Below, piece by piece: positions 18,474 to 27,263 of a stretch of 44,776 bases of DNA. This DNA comes from a virus. Taxonomy: Duplodnaviria; Caudoviricetes. A model generated the notes under the pieces. It worked only from the letters and a program-made list of their open reading frames with translations, ran no database searches and was not told the DNA's origin. The stretch lies in IMG/VR virus record IMGVR_UViG_3300036861_000738. The stretch is one strand, 5' to 3'. How positions within the stretch are numbered: position 1 is the first letter of the stretch; the number at the start of each line of letters is the position of its first letter. A program made the translations under genes and the position numbers.

Positions 18474-19163
18474 ATGAGTGGCTGGGTCGTCACCGCCGGC
18501 CTGGTCCTGGCGGTCGCCATGGTGGCGAGCCGGGGCGGCCCGTTCGGCGCGGCCGGGTGGCTGGTCGCGCTGCCGCTCCGCCTCGGCGCCTGGGCACTCG
18601 GCAAGGTCTGGGCCGGCACCAAGCTCGGCGTCCTGTCGTTCCTCGCCCTGGTCGGCGAGGAGGTCCAGCGGTGGCTGATCCTCGCCACCTGGGGCGCGGT
18701 CCTGCTCGGCTTCTCCTACGCCGGCCGGGCCGTCCACGCCCCGCTGACCCTGCAGGGCGTCGTCGCGGTCGCCACGCTGGTGTGGCTGACCCTGCTGGTC
18801 CGCAACCTGCGCCGCGTCCTGGCGGGCCGGTTCGCGCGGTCGGCGAACCGGGCGCTGTTCCGCAAGCTCGAGGAGATGGCCGACGCGCTGCCGGGCCAGG
18901 TCGAGGCGGCCGTCGCCGCAGGCCGGCAGGGCGCGGCGCAGGCGCTGCCGGCGGTCCGGCCGTCGCCGCACCCGACCGAGCGGTTCACCGCGCGGATCCG
19001 GCAGAAGGCCGCCGAGGCGGTCGCGGGCACGACCGGGGAAGGCGGGCTGGCGTTCGAGCCGGTCGTCGCCGCGCCGGAGGTGCCCCGCTGGATGCGCCGG
19101 GCGGCCGGGCAGACCCGCCAGGGCTTCCGGCAGGGCCTGGGAAGGAAGCGAGGCCGCTCGTGA
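18474..19163 (+). CDS. Multi-TM membrane protein
   Basis: Several hydrophobic helices, then a charged helical tail. Confidence 0.7.
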   Translation: MSGWVVTAGLVLAVAMVASRGGPFGAAGWLVALPLRLGAWALGKVWAGTKLGVLSFLALVGEEVQRWLILATWGAVLLGFSYAGRAVHAPLTLQGVVAVATLVWLTLLVRNLRRVLAGRFARSANRALFRKLEEMADALPGQVEAAVAAGRQGAAQALPAVRPSPHPTERFTARIRQKAAEAVAGTTGEGGLAFEPVVAAPEVPRWMRRAAGQTRQGFRQGLGRKRGRS

Positions 19164-19390
19164 TCCTCAACTTCGCCTGCGCCGTGCTGATGGTGTGCGG
19201 CGTGCTCTACCTGGTCGGCTGGCCGCACCGCCGCCGGACCTACAAGGCCGCCTGCCGGGCCGCGGTCGACGCGGCGTGGCTGCGCGCCCAGCTCGAGTCC
19301 GCCCCCGACCCCGCTGGGGGCGGCGAGGTGGCGCCGGTGACCCAACTGCCCACCGGGAGGGGCGACCGGGGCCGGCGCCACCTCAACTAG
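19160..19390 (+). CDS. Small membrane protein
   Basis: GTGA-coupled; N-terminal TM ILNFACAVLMVCGVLYLVGW. Confidence 0.6.
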   Translation: MILNFACAVLMVCGVLYLVGWPHRRRTYKAACRAAVDAAWLRAQLESAPDPAGGGEVAPVTQLPTGRGDRGRRHLN

Positions 19391-19409
19391 CAGAAGGGAG
19401 GCTGTACGC

Positions 19410-19703
19410 ATGCCGTCGCCGCGCGCTACCCTCAAGGTGCTTCGGTACCGAGGAGGGCGCGTGCGCACCGACGAGATCATCGCCAGGGTCGCCGCGGTGG
19501 TGCTCCGCGACCCGCACGGCGACGTCCTGGGCACCCTGCGCCGTGAGCTCTCCGGGGACGACCTGGAGTTCGCGGAGACGCTGGCCGCCGTGTGCGTGTT
19601 CATCCACGAGGAGCGGCAGGTGGCGGGGTTCGGCCCGGACGGCGTCGCGCGGTTGCGTGACCACTACGAGGCCCGGCGGCTCGCCGCCTCCGTCCGCCGC
19701 TAG
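19410..19703 (+). CDS. Hypothetical protein
   Basis: GGGAGG RBS. Confidence 0.6.
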   Translation: MPSPRATLKVLRYRGGRVRTDEIIARVAAVVLRDPHGDVLGTLRRELSGDDLEFAETLAAVCVFIHEERQVAGFGPDGVARLRDHYEARRLAASVRR

Positions 19704-19736
19704 CCGACGGGGGCCTGCCTCGAAAGGCTGCCCCGC

Positions 19737-19940
19737 ATGACCACCACCACCCACGCCGCCGCCGCGGCGGTCCCCGCCAAGCCCGCCACCCACCCCGGCG
19801 AGATGTCGCTGGGCGAGCACGTGGTCCTCGCCTGGCAGACGACCGACCTGGCCGTCCGCACCGTCCTCGTCGGCCTCGTCGGCCTGCTGATCGCGCTGTC
19901 CGCCGCGCTGGGGCTGCTCGCCCCGCACGTCCTGCGGTGA
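19737..19940 (+). CDS. Small membrane protein
   Basis: C-terminal TM helix. Confidence 0.6.
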   Translation: MTTTTHAAAAAVPAKPATHPGEMSLGEHVVLAWQTTDLAVRTVLVGLVGLLIALSAALGLLAPHVLR

Positions 19941-20143
19941 ACGGCGCCGGCGCGATCGTGGTCGTCGCCCTCGTCCTGATGTGGCTGGTCGACCTGATCC
20001 CGTTCGACGCCTACCTGCACGTCGACGCCCGCCGCCAGCAGCACGAGGCGCACCGCCGCCTCCTGGCTGAGGCCGAGCTGGAGCCGACCGTGCCGCTGCA
20101 CGGTGAGCTCACCCGGCCGGGCCGGGACCTGGAGCGCCGCTGA
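19937..20143 (+). CDS. Small membrane protein
   Basis: Coupled start; N-terminal TM. Confidence 0.55.
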   Translation: MNGAGAIVVVALVLMWLVDLIPFDAYLHVDARRQQHEAHRRLLAEAELEPTVPLHGELTRPGRDLERR

Positions 20144-20361
20144 TGCGCCTGGTGTTCCGTTGCTGCCCGGCCTGCCGCCAGCCCGTCCCGGTCGACCGGG
20201 ACGGGCTGCTGCTCGCCCACCGCGTCCTCGCCGACCCGGCGCGGCACCGCTGCGCCTACGAGGGCGTAGGTGTTGACAACCTGGACGCACGATCGTACGG
20301 TCCAGGCGTGCGCGGGGGCGCGCGCCCTGCGGTCAGGGCAGCCGTGGCGCGTCGTCCGTGA
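20143..20361 (+). CDS. Small Cys/His protein
   Basis: TGATG coupling; CPAC...H...C. Confidence 0.45.
   Translation: MRLVFRCCPACRQPVPVDRDGLLLAHRVLADPARHRCAYEGVGVDNLDARSYGPGVRGGARPAVRAAVARRP
20273..20301 (+). promoter_or_regulatory. Promoter TTGACA-17-TACGGT
   Basis: Consensus -35 with correct spacing, upstream of a small ORF ending at 20560. Confidence 0.55.
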
Positions 20362-20591
20362 GGAGACCGCTGTGACCGTCCCCGCCACCCAGCCCGCCCG
20401 CCCGGTCGCGGCCACCTCCGGGCCGCTGGTCACCCTCGATGCCCGCGACCCCGACGCCCGCGCGGCGCTGCACTGGCTGGCCGACCGGCTCGACGCTGCG
20501 GCGTGGACGCCGGACGGGATGCTGCTGCGCGACGTCGCCCGCGCCTACGCCGACCCGTGACCTCGAAGCACTGGCCCTAGACCCCACGACG

Positions 20592-20627
20592 ACGCCCCGC
20601 CGGGAACGTGAAACTCGGCGGGGCGTT
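20592..20627 (+). terminator. Intrinsic terminator-like hairpin closing the accessory module
   Basis: 11-bp perfect stem ACGCCCCGCCG/CGGCGGGGCGT in an intergenic position. Confidence 0.7.
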
Positions 20628-20690
20628 CGCGTAGGCGGCCCTGGACGGAGCCGGACGGGACCGCAGGGGGGCCACCTCGGCAGCATAGCG

Positions 20691-20703
20691 TGACAGACTG
20701 TCA
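20691..20703. promoter_or_regulatory. Palindromic operator TGACAGACTGTCA upstream of the lysis cassette
   Basis: Perfect 13-bp dyad; the motif recurs genome-wide. Confidence 0.7.
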
Positions 20704-20745
20704 GCACGATCGGGCGGTAGGATTGGCACACGATGGAGGCGGCAC

Positions 20746-21159
20746 GTGGGACGACTGCGCAGGCTGGCCCGGCGGGTCGGCCGCCGCGGTGCCGCGCTGG
20801 CCTGGTTCGGCCTGCTCGACCTGGTGATCGGCTGGTCGCTGCTGTCCCCGAGCCTGGCCGCGAGCCCGGCCGCGCTGGCGCAGTACCGGGTGCTCTTGCA
20901 GGTCCGGCCGCTGGCCTTCTGGGGCTGGGTGTGGATCGCCGTGGGGCTGGTCTGCCTGGCGCACGTCCCGGCCCGCTCGGACCGCCTGGCGTTCGCCGCC
21001 GCGATCGCCATCAAGGCCGTCTGGTCGTCGGGGATCTTCGCCGCCTGGGTCGCCTACAGCGCCTACCGCGCCTGGGTGAGCGGGACGGTGTGGGCGACGT
21101 TCGGCCTGTTCGTGCTGCTGATCGCCGGCTGGCCCGAGCCGAGGCACCACGGTGGGTGA
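20746..21159 (+). CDS. Four-TM lysis-cassette membrane protein
   Basis: GGAGG RBS; four hydrophobic helices; upstream of the endolysin. Confidence 0.7.
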   Translation: MGRLRRLARRVGRRGAALAWFGLLDLVIGWSLLSPSLAASPAALAQYRVLLQVRPLAFWGWVWIAVGLVCLAHVPARSDRLAFAAAIAIKAVWSSGIFAAWVAYSAYRAWVSGTVWATFGLFVLLIAGWPEPRHHGG

Positions 21160-21433
21160 CTGGCTGGTCCCCCTCGCCGCCGCCCTGGTCGCGGCGCTTC
21201 CCGGGCTGCTGGCCTACCGGCAGGCGACCCGGGCCAACCGCGACCAGATCGAGGCCGGCGCCTACGAGCGCGCCAAAGGCCACTACGAGTCCGGGATCGA
21301 CCAGCTCGAAGAGCAGGTCGGCCGGCTCCGCCGCGAACTCGACGAGGAACGCACCGCCCGCCGCCGGCTGGAGGACACCGTGACGAAGCTGCGCCGGCTG
21401 CTGATCCTGCACGGCATCGAGGTCGAGGCGTGA
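21152..21433 (+). CDS. Single-TM coiled-coil lysis-cassette protein
   Basis: N-terminal TM followed by a heptad coiled coil. Confidence 0.7.
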   Translation: MGDWLVPLAAALVAALPGLLAYRQATRANRDQIEAGAYERAKGHYESGIDQLEEQVGRLRRELDEERTARRRLEDTVTKLRRLLILHGIEVEA

Positions 21434-21918
21434 CGGGCACCCACCAGCAGCGCCAGCGGCGGGTGCCGTGGCGCGCCTACAACACCCTGATCGTCGGCCT
21501 GGCGTTGGCGGTGGCGCTGCTGGCCGCGTTCGTCGCGCTGGCACCGCTCCCCGACCGGCCACCCCGCGCGCCCGCCCACCCGGCACCCGCGTACGCGGCC
21601 GAGCCGGCCGGGCCTCCGCCCGAGAAGGCGTCGCGCGGCGCGCTCAGCGAGCCCGTGCCGGGCGCAGAGGCGCCGCCGGGTGTCGGCACACCCCGGAATC
21701 GTTCTGAGGGCGTTTCAGCGCCGACCCGGCGGGTCGGCGCCGGGCCGGCGGCGCCGGGCACACCTGGCGGGGACGTGCCCGGCGCCCCATCGCCGCCCAC
21801 CACGACGACCCCGCCGCCGCCGCACGGCCCCCCGCCATCGCCGCCCTCGACGGTGCCGCCCGTCATCAGCACCTGCGTGCACCTGCCGCCCATCGACGTC
21901 TGCCTGGACGTGCCATGA
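21430..21918 (+). CDS. Membrane-anchored proline-rich protein
   Basis: One TM, then a P/A/T-rich region; coupled on both sides. Confidence 0.6.
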   Translation: MTGTHQQRQRRVPWRAYNTLIVGLALAVALLAAFVALAPLPDRPPRAPAHPAPAYAAEPAGPPPEKASRGALSEPVPGAEAPPGVGTPRNRSEGVSAPTRRVGAGPAAPGTPGGDVPGAPSPPTTTTPPPPHGPPPSPPSTVPPVISTCVHLPPIDVCLDVP

Positions 21919-22865
21919 CCAAGACCGGCGCCGACATCTCCCACCACCAGCCGGCCTTCGACGCCGCCCGGTACGCCGCCGCCGAAGACTTCGTGATCTT
22001 CAAGGCGACCGAGGACGACGGGTTCACCGACCCGACCTTCACCGGGCGCTGGCAGGCAGCCGGCCGCGCCCGCCTGCCCCGCGGCGCCTACCACTTCGCC
22101 CGGCCCGGCCGCGCGACGGTCGACGCGCAGGCCGACCACTTCCTCCGAGTCGTCCGCGCGGCCGGCTTCGGGCCCGGCGACGCCTGGGCGCTCGACCTCG
22201 AAGACGCCGGCAACCTCGGCCCGGCCACGCTCATGACCTGGGCGGAACGGTGGATCGGCCGGGTGCGCGCGGCGCTCGGCGGCCGTGGGCTGTTCTACAC
22301 GGGCGTCGCGTTCGTCTTCGACGCGCTGGGCGACCCCGGCCGCATCCCCGGCGGCTGCCTGGGCTGGATCGCCCGCTACTGCACCGACGGGCCGTACGCG
22401 GCGCCGTACCGGCGGCCTAGGGGCTGGCCCGAGGTGCCGGACGTGTGGCAGTGCACCAACGGCACCGACGGCTGCATCCACAACGTGGCCTCGGTCGGGT
22501 TGTGCGACTGGAACCGGGCCACCGACGCCGCGTTCGCGGCCCTATTCGGAGGAGACGACATGCCGACCGTCGACGAGATCGGCGACGAGCTGGTCAAGCG
22601 CCTCGGCGCCGACGCCACCCACCCCTACACCGGCACCGCGATTCGCGCCGCGGTCGACAAGGGCAACGCCGCCCAGGCCGCCGGGCAGGCAGCCATCAAC
22701 GAGCGGCTCGGCCTGGTCGCCGACCGGCTCGCCGCGCTCGAAGCCAAGGCCGCCCAGCCGATCGACCTGGAGACCCTCGCCGCGCTCGTCGCCGGGAAGC
22801 TCGAAGTCGCCGGGTTCCCCAACCTGGCCATCACCGGCGAGGCGCGTCCCATCCCACCCGCCTGA
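21915..22865 (+). CDS. Endolysin, GH25 muramidase
   Basis: GADISHHQ, FVIFKATE, GAYHFA, ALDLE (DxE) and VWQ motifs. Confidence 0.92.
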   Translation: MTKTGADISHHQPAFDAARYAAAEDFVIFKATEDDGFTDPTFTGRWQAAGRARLPRGAYHFARPGRATVDAQADHFLRVVRAAGFGPGDAWALDLEDAGNLGPATLMTWAERWIGRVRAALGGRGLFYTGVAFVFDALGDPGRIPGGCLGWIARYCTDGPYAAPYRRPRGWPEVPDVWQCTNGTDGCIHNVASVGLCDWNRATDAAFAALFGGDDMPTVDEIGDELVKRLGADATHPYTGTAIRAAVDKGNAAQAAGQAAINERLGLVADRLAALEAKAAQPIDLETLAALVAGKLEVAGFPNLAITGEARPIPPA

Positions 22866-22892
22866 CCACGCGAACCACGAAAGGAGCCTGAC

Positions 22893-23222
22893 ATGTCCTG
22901 GTCCCTGCACGTCGGCACCGTCCGCCCCGCCACCATCACCGCGATCGAGCAGGCCGCTGGCGCCGCGCTCGCCGAGCTGCGCGCCAAGGGGCCGAGCTAC
23001 GCCGGCCAGTTCGACGCGCCCGAGACCGCCCAGGAGGTCGCCGAGCAGGTCCAGGCAGCAACCAGCGCGGCCGGGCAACTCCTCAGCGGCCTCGGCGTCG
23101 TCGAAGAGGTCACCGTCAACCTGTCCGGCCACGCCAACCCCGGCCACCAGCCCCGCCCGGGCTGGGCGCCCGATCAGGTCACCGTGACCGTCAACGCCGT
23201 CGAGGCCCCCAAGGAGTCGTGA
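22893..23222 (+). CDS. Hypothetical protein
   Basis: AAAGGAG RBS. Confidence 0.7.
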   Translation: MSWSLHVGTVRPATITAIEQAAGAALAELRAKGPSYAGQFDAPETAQEVAEQVQAATSAAGQLLSGLGVVEEVTVNLSGHANPGHQPRPGWAPDQVTVTVNAVEAPKES

Positions 23223-23548
23223 TGGACCTCACCAAGCTGCTCGCCGTGTCCGCCGTCCTCGGCGGGGTGATGCCGTTCGTCGCCGCGCTGGCGCAGCGGC
23301 CCGGTGCCGAGCGGTGGAACCTGCTGGTCCGCGTCGTCCTCGCCCTGGTCGCCGGCGGCATCGCCGTGCTCGCGGTCTGCCCGGTGGTCACCTGGGAGTG
23401 CGTCGCGGCGTCGCTGGCGGTGATCGTCGCCGCGGCGCAGTCGAGCTACAGCGCCTGGACGAAACCGGCGGTCGACGCGCTCACTGCCGCAACCAGCCCG
23501 AAGGCCCGCACCGGCCGGATCGCCCGCGCGCCGGGACGGCCAGCGTAG
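23219..23548 (+). CDS. Putative holin
   Basis: Three TM segments and a basic C-terminus; downstream of the endolysin. Confidence 0.65.
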   Translation: MMDLTKLLAVSAVLGGVMPFVAALAQRPGAERWNLLVRVVLALVAGGIAVLAVCPVVTWECVAASLAVIVAAAQSSYSAWTKPAVDALTAATSPKARTGRIARAPGRPA

Positions 23549-23894
23549 CCGTGGGCGAGCTGGACCCGGTCGAGCGCGGCTGCCTGCGGATCGTGTGGCC
23601 GCTGGCGCTGGCCTGGTGGTGGCTGACCGGCGTCGTGGGCGGTGCGCGCGACCGGCTGCGCCGTTGGCTGGCCGGCGGGTGAGCGGCATGAGTGCCCACG
23701 CCGAGGCCCAGGCCCGCGACGAGGGGCTGTCCGAGGCGGCCCTTGATGTGCGCGCCGTCCTCGAGGCGGCGGCCCTGCTCACCCCCGAGGCCGGCGAAGC
23801 CGAGCTGGCCGCGCTGCTGTTCGAGGTCTACACCGCCGAGCTGCCGTGGTGGCGCCGGCTGCGGCTGGCCATGTGGGGATGGTGACCAGCACCG

Positions 23895-24515
23895 TCAGGT
23901 GGGCGGTTCCGGTTTTCCGCCCTCGTCTGAGGCGGTCTCAGGGTCCTCGACCGCGACGACCTGGCCGCGCAGGTCGGCGAGGCGGCCAAGCAGGTCGGCG
24001 CGGACCTCGCGGGGGTAGCCGAGGTCGTGCAGGGTGGCGGCCAGGTGGTCACCGAGGCGGTCGAACGCCTCGCCGGTCATGCCCGGCGGCCAGGTCCCCG
24101 GCGCGAGCTGGCCGAGCCGGGAGGGGTCGTCGGCGCGGGCGAGGTCCTCGACGGCGCGGCGCAGGTGCCAGGCCAGCCACCGCCACCACTCGCCCTCATC
24201 GTGGCCGCCGCGCGGGCCGAGCTGCCGGAAGTGGCCGAGCAGCAGCATGTCGGGGGACCGCCAGGCAGCACCGGCGATCCGCGCGTACAGCCCGTCGATG
24301 CCGCGCGGGTCGCCGTCGGTGATCCGGGCGATCCCGCCGGCGTGGCCGAGCCGGGCGTAGAGGCTCGGCCCGGCCGGCGGGGTGGGCAGGGCATCGTTGG
24401 CGGCAAGGCCCGCGCGCAGGACCCGCACGATGGTGGCGCGGTCGATGCGCAGCTCCTCCGCGAGCGCGTCGAGGGCGTCGCCGCGGAGGTAGCGGGCGAG
24501 GGTGCGCAGGGACAT
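23895..24515 (-). CDS. HTH fused to a divergent truncated-globin-like domain
   Basis: LDALAEELRIDRATIVRVL (HTH); SLYARLG..GGI and GMTGEAFDRLGDHLAATLHDLGYP...LRGQVV match group I trHb ends. Confidence 0.6.
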   Translation of the reverse strand: MSLRTLARYLRGDALDALAEELRIDRATIVRVLRAGLAANDALPTPPAGPSLYARLGHAGGIARITDGDPRGIDGLYARIAGAAWRSPDMLLLGHFRQLGPRGGHDEGEWWRWLAWHLRRAVEDLARADDPSRLGQLAPGTWPPGMTGEAFDRLGDHLAATLHDLGYPREVRADLLGRLADLRGQVVAVEDPETASDEGGKPEPPT

Positions 24516-25000
24516 CAGCCGCCCGGCCCCGTGGCCTGCCGCGCCACCTCATCGCGGCAGGCCAGGTGCTCGCGCTGCGCCGCGTCGTAGAGCCGGCGCA
24601 GCTGCGGGTCGGACAAGACGCGGTTGTCGATGCTGCCGTGGACGTCCTTGTACTGCACGCCGCCGCTGATCAGCGCCCAGGCGGCGGCCTCGGACCGGCG
24701 GCACGAGCTGAGCGGCTCAGCGGCGGCTGCGGGGCGGTCGCCGCGGACCAGCACCACCCCGACGCACACCACGACGATCGCGACCGTCGCGACGATGCCG
24801 AGGATCGTGTCCCACTCGGCGAGGATGAAGCGGCGTCGGCGGTGGGCGGTCGCCTCATGCCGGCCATGGTCGACTGCTTGCATCAGACCCGTCACCATGA
24901 CCACGCTCGCGCTGTGGCCTGGCGGCCGGCCGTTACCAGCCGACGGTGCCGGTCTTGCGCCTTGCGGCTGCCGGCTTCTCGCTTCACCGGGGTCCGCCAT
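24515..25000 (-). CDS. Single-TM protein (start uncertain)
   Basis: TM ILGIVATVAIVVVCVGVVLV; TGATG-coupled to the next gene. Confidence 0.55.
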   Translation of the reverse strand: MADPGEARSRQPQGARPAPSAGNGRPPGHSASVVMVTGLMQAVDHGRHEATAHRRRRFILAEWDTILGIVATVAIVVVCVGVVLVRGDRPAAAAEPLSSCRRSEAAAWALISGGVQYKDVHGSIDNRVLSDPQLRRLYDAAQREHLACRDEVARQATGPGG

Positions 25001-25249
25001 CCGGCTGCTGCCGGGTAGGTCTTACGTCCCCTCCACGAGCGTTTCGCGTCTCCGGGCCACTCCCGGCGACGGGCCAACATTAGCATCGGACCAGGACAGG
25101 CCATGCCGTGCACACCCCCCGTGTGCGAGGCCCGTTCCGGTCCCCCGGGCCGGTCTGCGTGGGCGCTCGTGCCGCCCTCGGGCGCGCGTGCAATCACGGG
25201 GGGGAACGGTGACCGGATCGCATCCCCCGGACGGCACGAGCCGGACGGG

Positions 25250-25279
25250 ACGGTAACGCCTAGGTCCCGCAGGTGTCAA
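25250..25279 (-). promoter_or_regulatory. Leftward promoter TTGACA-18-TACCGT
   Basis: -35 at 25274-79, -10 at 25250-55, in an intergenic region. Confidence 0.55.
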
Positions 25280-25389
25280 CAGGCTGGACGATCCACCCAG
25301 GCGGCAGCCGCCGCGGGCGTGGTTGCCGCCGGCCGTCCGGCTGCTACGCTACGGTCCACCGAAGGTGTTGGACCGCAACGGGAGCGGCG

Positions 25390-25854
25390 ATGACCGCGAT
25401 GGCCGAGCACGACCGCAGCGAGCGCCTGGAGGCCGGCAACGGCAACTACTGGCGCGACCCTGACGGGGTGTGGCGCTACGCCTGGGGCGATGGGCCGGTG
25501 CCCCGCGCGCGCGACCGCCTCGACGCCGACGGGGAGGTCGTCGGCCTGGATGCGCCGGAGCTCGCCCCGGACGCGCTGGTGGACGCCCACACGATCGCCC
25601 GCGAGCGGGGCTGGCAGCCGCAGACCCTGCGGATGGTGGTCCACCGCCGCCGGCACTGCCCGCCGGTGGTCAGCTTCACCGGCAACGGACAGCCCGCCCT
25701 GTACTCCCGCGCCGCGATCAAGAAGTTCGACGCCTGGCTGGCCGCGAAGCTCAACGCGGCCGGCCTCGATGCGTCGCGGTGGCCGCCGCGGCTGCTGGCC
25801 GCGCGCGACCGCTCCCGCGAGTTCGCCGACATGCTCAACGACCAGGGCCACTAG
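25390..25854 (+). CDS. Putative DNA-binding protein (Xis/MerR-like wHTH), ORF A
   Basis: GGGAG RBS; LVDAHTIARERGWQPQTLR...CPP...LYSRAAI pattern; converges on the recombinase. Confidence 0.6.
   Translation: MTAMAEHDRSERLEAGNGNYWRDPDGVWRYAWGDGPVPRARDRLDADGEVVGLDAPELAPDALVDAHTIARERGWQPQTLRMVVHRRRHCPPVVSFTGNGQPALYSRAAIKKFDAWLAAKLNAAGLDASRWPPRLLAARDRSREFADMLNDQGH
25804..25842 (+). repeat. 39-bp inverted repeat, copy 1
   Basis: CGCGACCGCTCCCGCGAGTTCGCCGACATGCTCAACGAC is the exact reverse complement of 27699-27737. Confidence 0.95.
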
Positions 25855-26861
25855 CCGGCCCTCCGGTCGGGGAGCGCCAGCACGTCGGTGACCACGTCGA
25901 GGTCGTAGCCGACCGTGTAGCGGCGGGTCACCGCCGACCCGGGCCGGTGGCCGAGCGCGATCCCGATGGCGCGTTCGTTGCGGCCACGGCCGAGCCGGGC
26001 CATGTCGTGGGCGAAGGTGTGCCGCAGGCCGTGCGCGGTCGCGTCGCCGCCGGCGTCGTTCTTGATCCCCAGGTCGCGCAGCTTGCCGTTGAGGAGCTTG
26101 GAGACGGCCTTGGCGGTCAGGTGGTCGCCCGGGTGGGTCAGGCTCTCGATGACCGGGCCGCGGGTCGTCCGCGCCGCCAGGTGGGCGGCGAGCTCGTCGG
26201 CCAGCCAGGGCAGCAGCGGCACCGACCGCTCCCGTGAACCCTTGCCGGTGACGTACAGCACCGGCACCTCGCCGCCGAGGTTGACGTGCTCGACCCGCAG
26301 CGACGCGACCTCGGCGCAGCGCAGCCCGGCGCGGTAGGCGAGCAGGACCATCAGCCGCAGCCGGGGATCGGTGCCGGGCAGGTCGCAGGCGGCGAACAGC
26401 GTCCGAAGGCCGGGGCCGAACCGGGACGCCTCCCACGGGATCGCGCGGGGGATCGCGGCCTCGCAGCTCGGCACGGTGAGCCGGGCCAGCGGGTCGCGGC
26501 GGACCCAGCCCTCGGAGGTCGCGAAGCCGTAGAAGCTCTTGCCGGCCGTCACGTACAGCTCGACCGACTTCGGCGCGAGGAACCCGGTGCGGGCCCTCGG
26601 GCGGGACGCGGCGAGGAAGTCGGTGAACAGCTCCCGGGTCGCCTTCGTCCAGTGCTTGGGGCGCGTCCGCCGCTCGAGGAAGCCGTTCGGGCCGGCGAAC
26701 GACCACAGCGGCTGCCGATAGGCGGTCGCGGTGGTGGCGGTGCGGTGGCGGTCGGCGACCAGGTAGGCGCGGTAGCGCTCCCAGGCCACGGAGAAGGCCA
26801 CGACTGCGGTGTCGGCGTCGAACGGGTCGGCGCCGGCGTGCGTGGGGGGCTGGCTAGCCAT
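25851..26861 (-). CDS. int: Tyrosine recombinase/integrase (XerC-like, no arm-binding domain; start uncertain)
   Basis: AGLRCAE (R), VTGKG (K), AHGLRH (HxxR), LGH and TRRY (Y). Confidence 0.93.
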   Translation of the reverse strand: MASQPPTHAGADPFDADTAVVAFSVAWERYRAYLVADRHRTATTATAYRQPLWSFAGPNGFLERRTRPKHWTKATRELFTDFLAASRPRARTGFLAPKSVELYVTAGKSFYGFATSEGWVRRDPLARLTVPSCEAAIPRAIPWEASRFGPGLRTLFAACDLPGTDPRLRLMVLLAYRAGLRCAEVASLRVEHVNLGGEVPVLYVTGKGSRERSVPLLPWLADELAAHLAARTTRGPVIESLTHPGDHLTAKAVSKLLNGKLRDLGIKNDAGGDATAHGLRHTFAHDMARLGRGRNERAIGIALGHRPGSAVTRRYTVGYDLDVVTDVLALPDRRAG

Positions 26862-27142
26862 GGCGGCCACCGCGACGCCCAGGACCACGCCTGCCACCCA
26901 GGCGCGGGCACGGGACCGGGACCAGGTCGAGCATCGCGGCACAGCGGCGCCCCCTGCTGCTGCCAGCCCCCCGGTGCACGCACCTGTCATAGGCGCCGCG
27001 GGGTGCCGGATCGTTACGGGTTCCGGGTCTTCCTCGGTAGGACTGCGGAGCGGGTGGGCGCCCCGCCCGGCGGCCATGGCCGCCGGGTAACCGCCGGGCG
27101 GGGGCACGAGTGGCGGGTCTGTCGGGTTGCTCTGGTTCGTTC

Positions 27143-27171
27143 AGTTTAGTACCTCGGTACCAAACCGGCAA
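27143..27171 (-). promoter_or_regulatory. Recombinase promoter TTGCCG-17-TAAACT with operator TGGTACCGAGGTACTAA
   Basis: Near copy of the promoter/operator at 17962-17990. Confidence 0.7.
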
Positions 27172-27263
27172 GGGGGAACCCAGCAGGACGGCGAAGGCAG
27201 GGGCGGCGGGCATGGCGGGGCTCTCTCGGCGGGGCAGCGGGGACACGGCCGCCCAGGTGTCCG

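Noticed and set aside
26862-27107. Signal-peptide-like N-terminal extension on the recombinase (RSRARAWVAGVVLGVAVAAM)
   Set aside because: No clear RBS for the upstream starts, and such A/V/G runs arise easily in GC-rich frames; start site unresolved.
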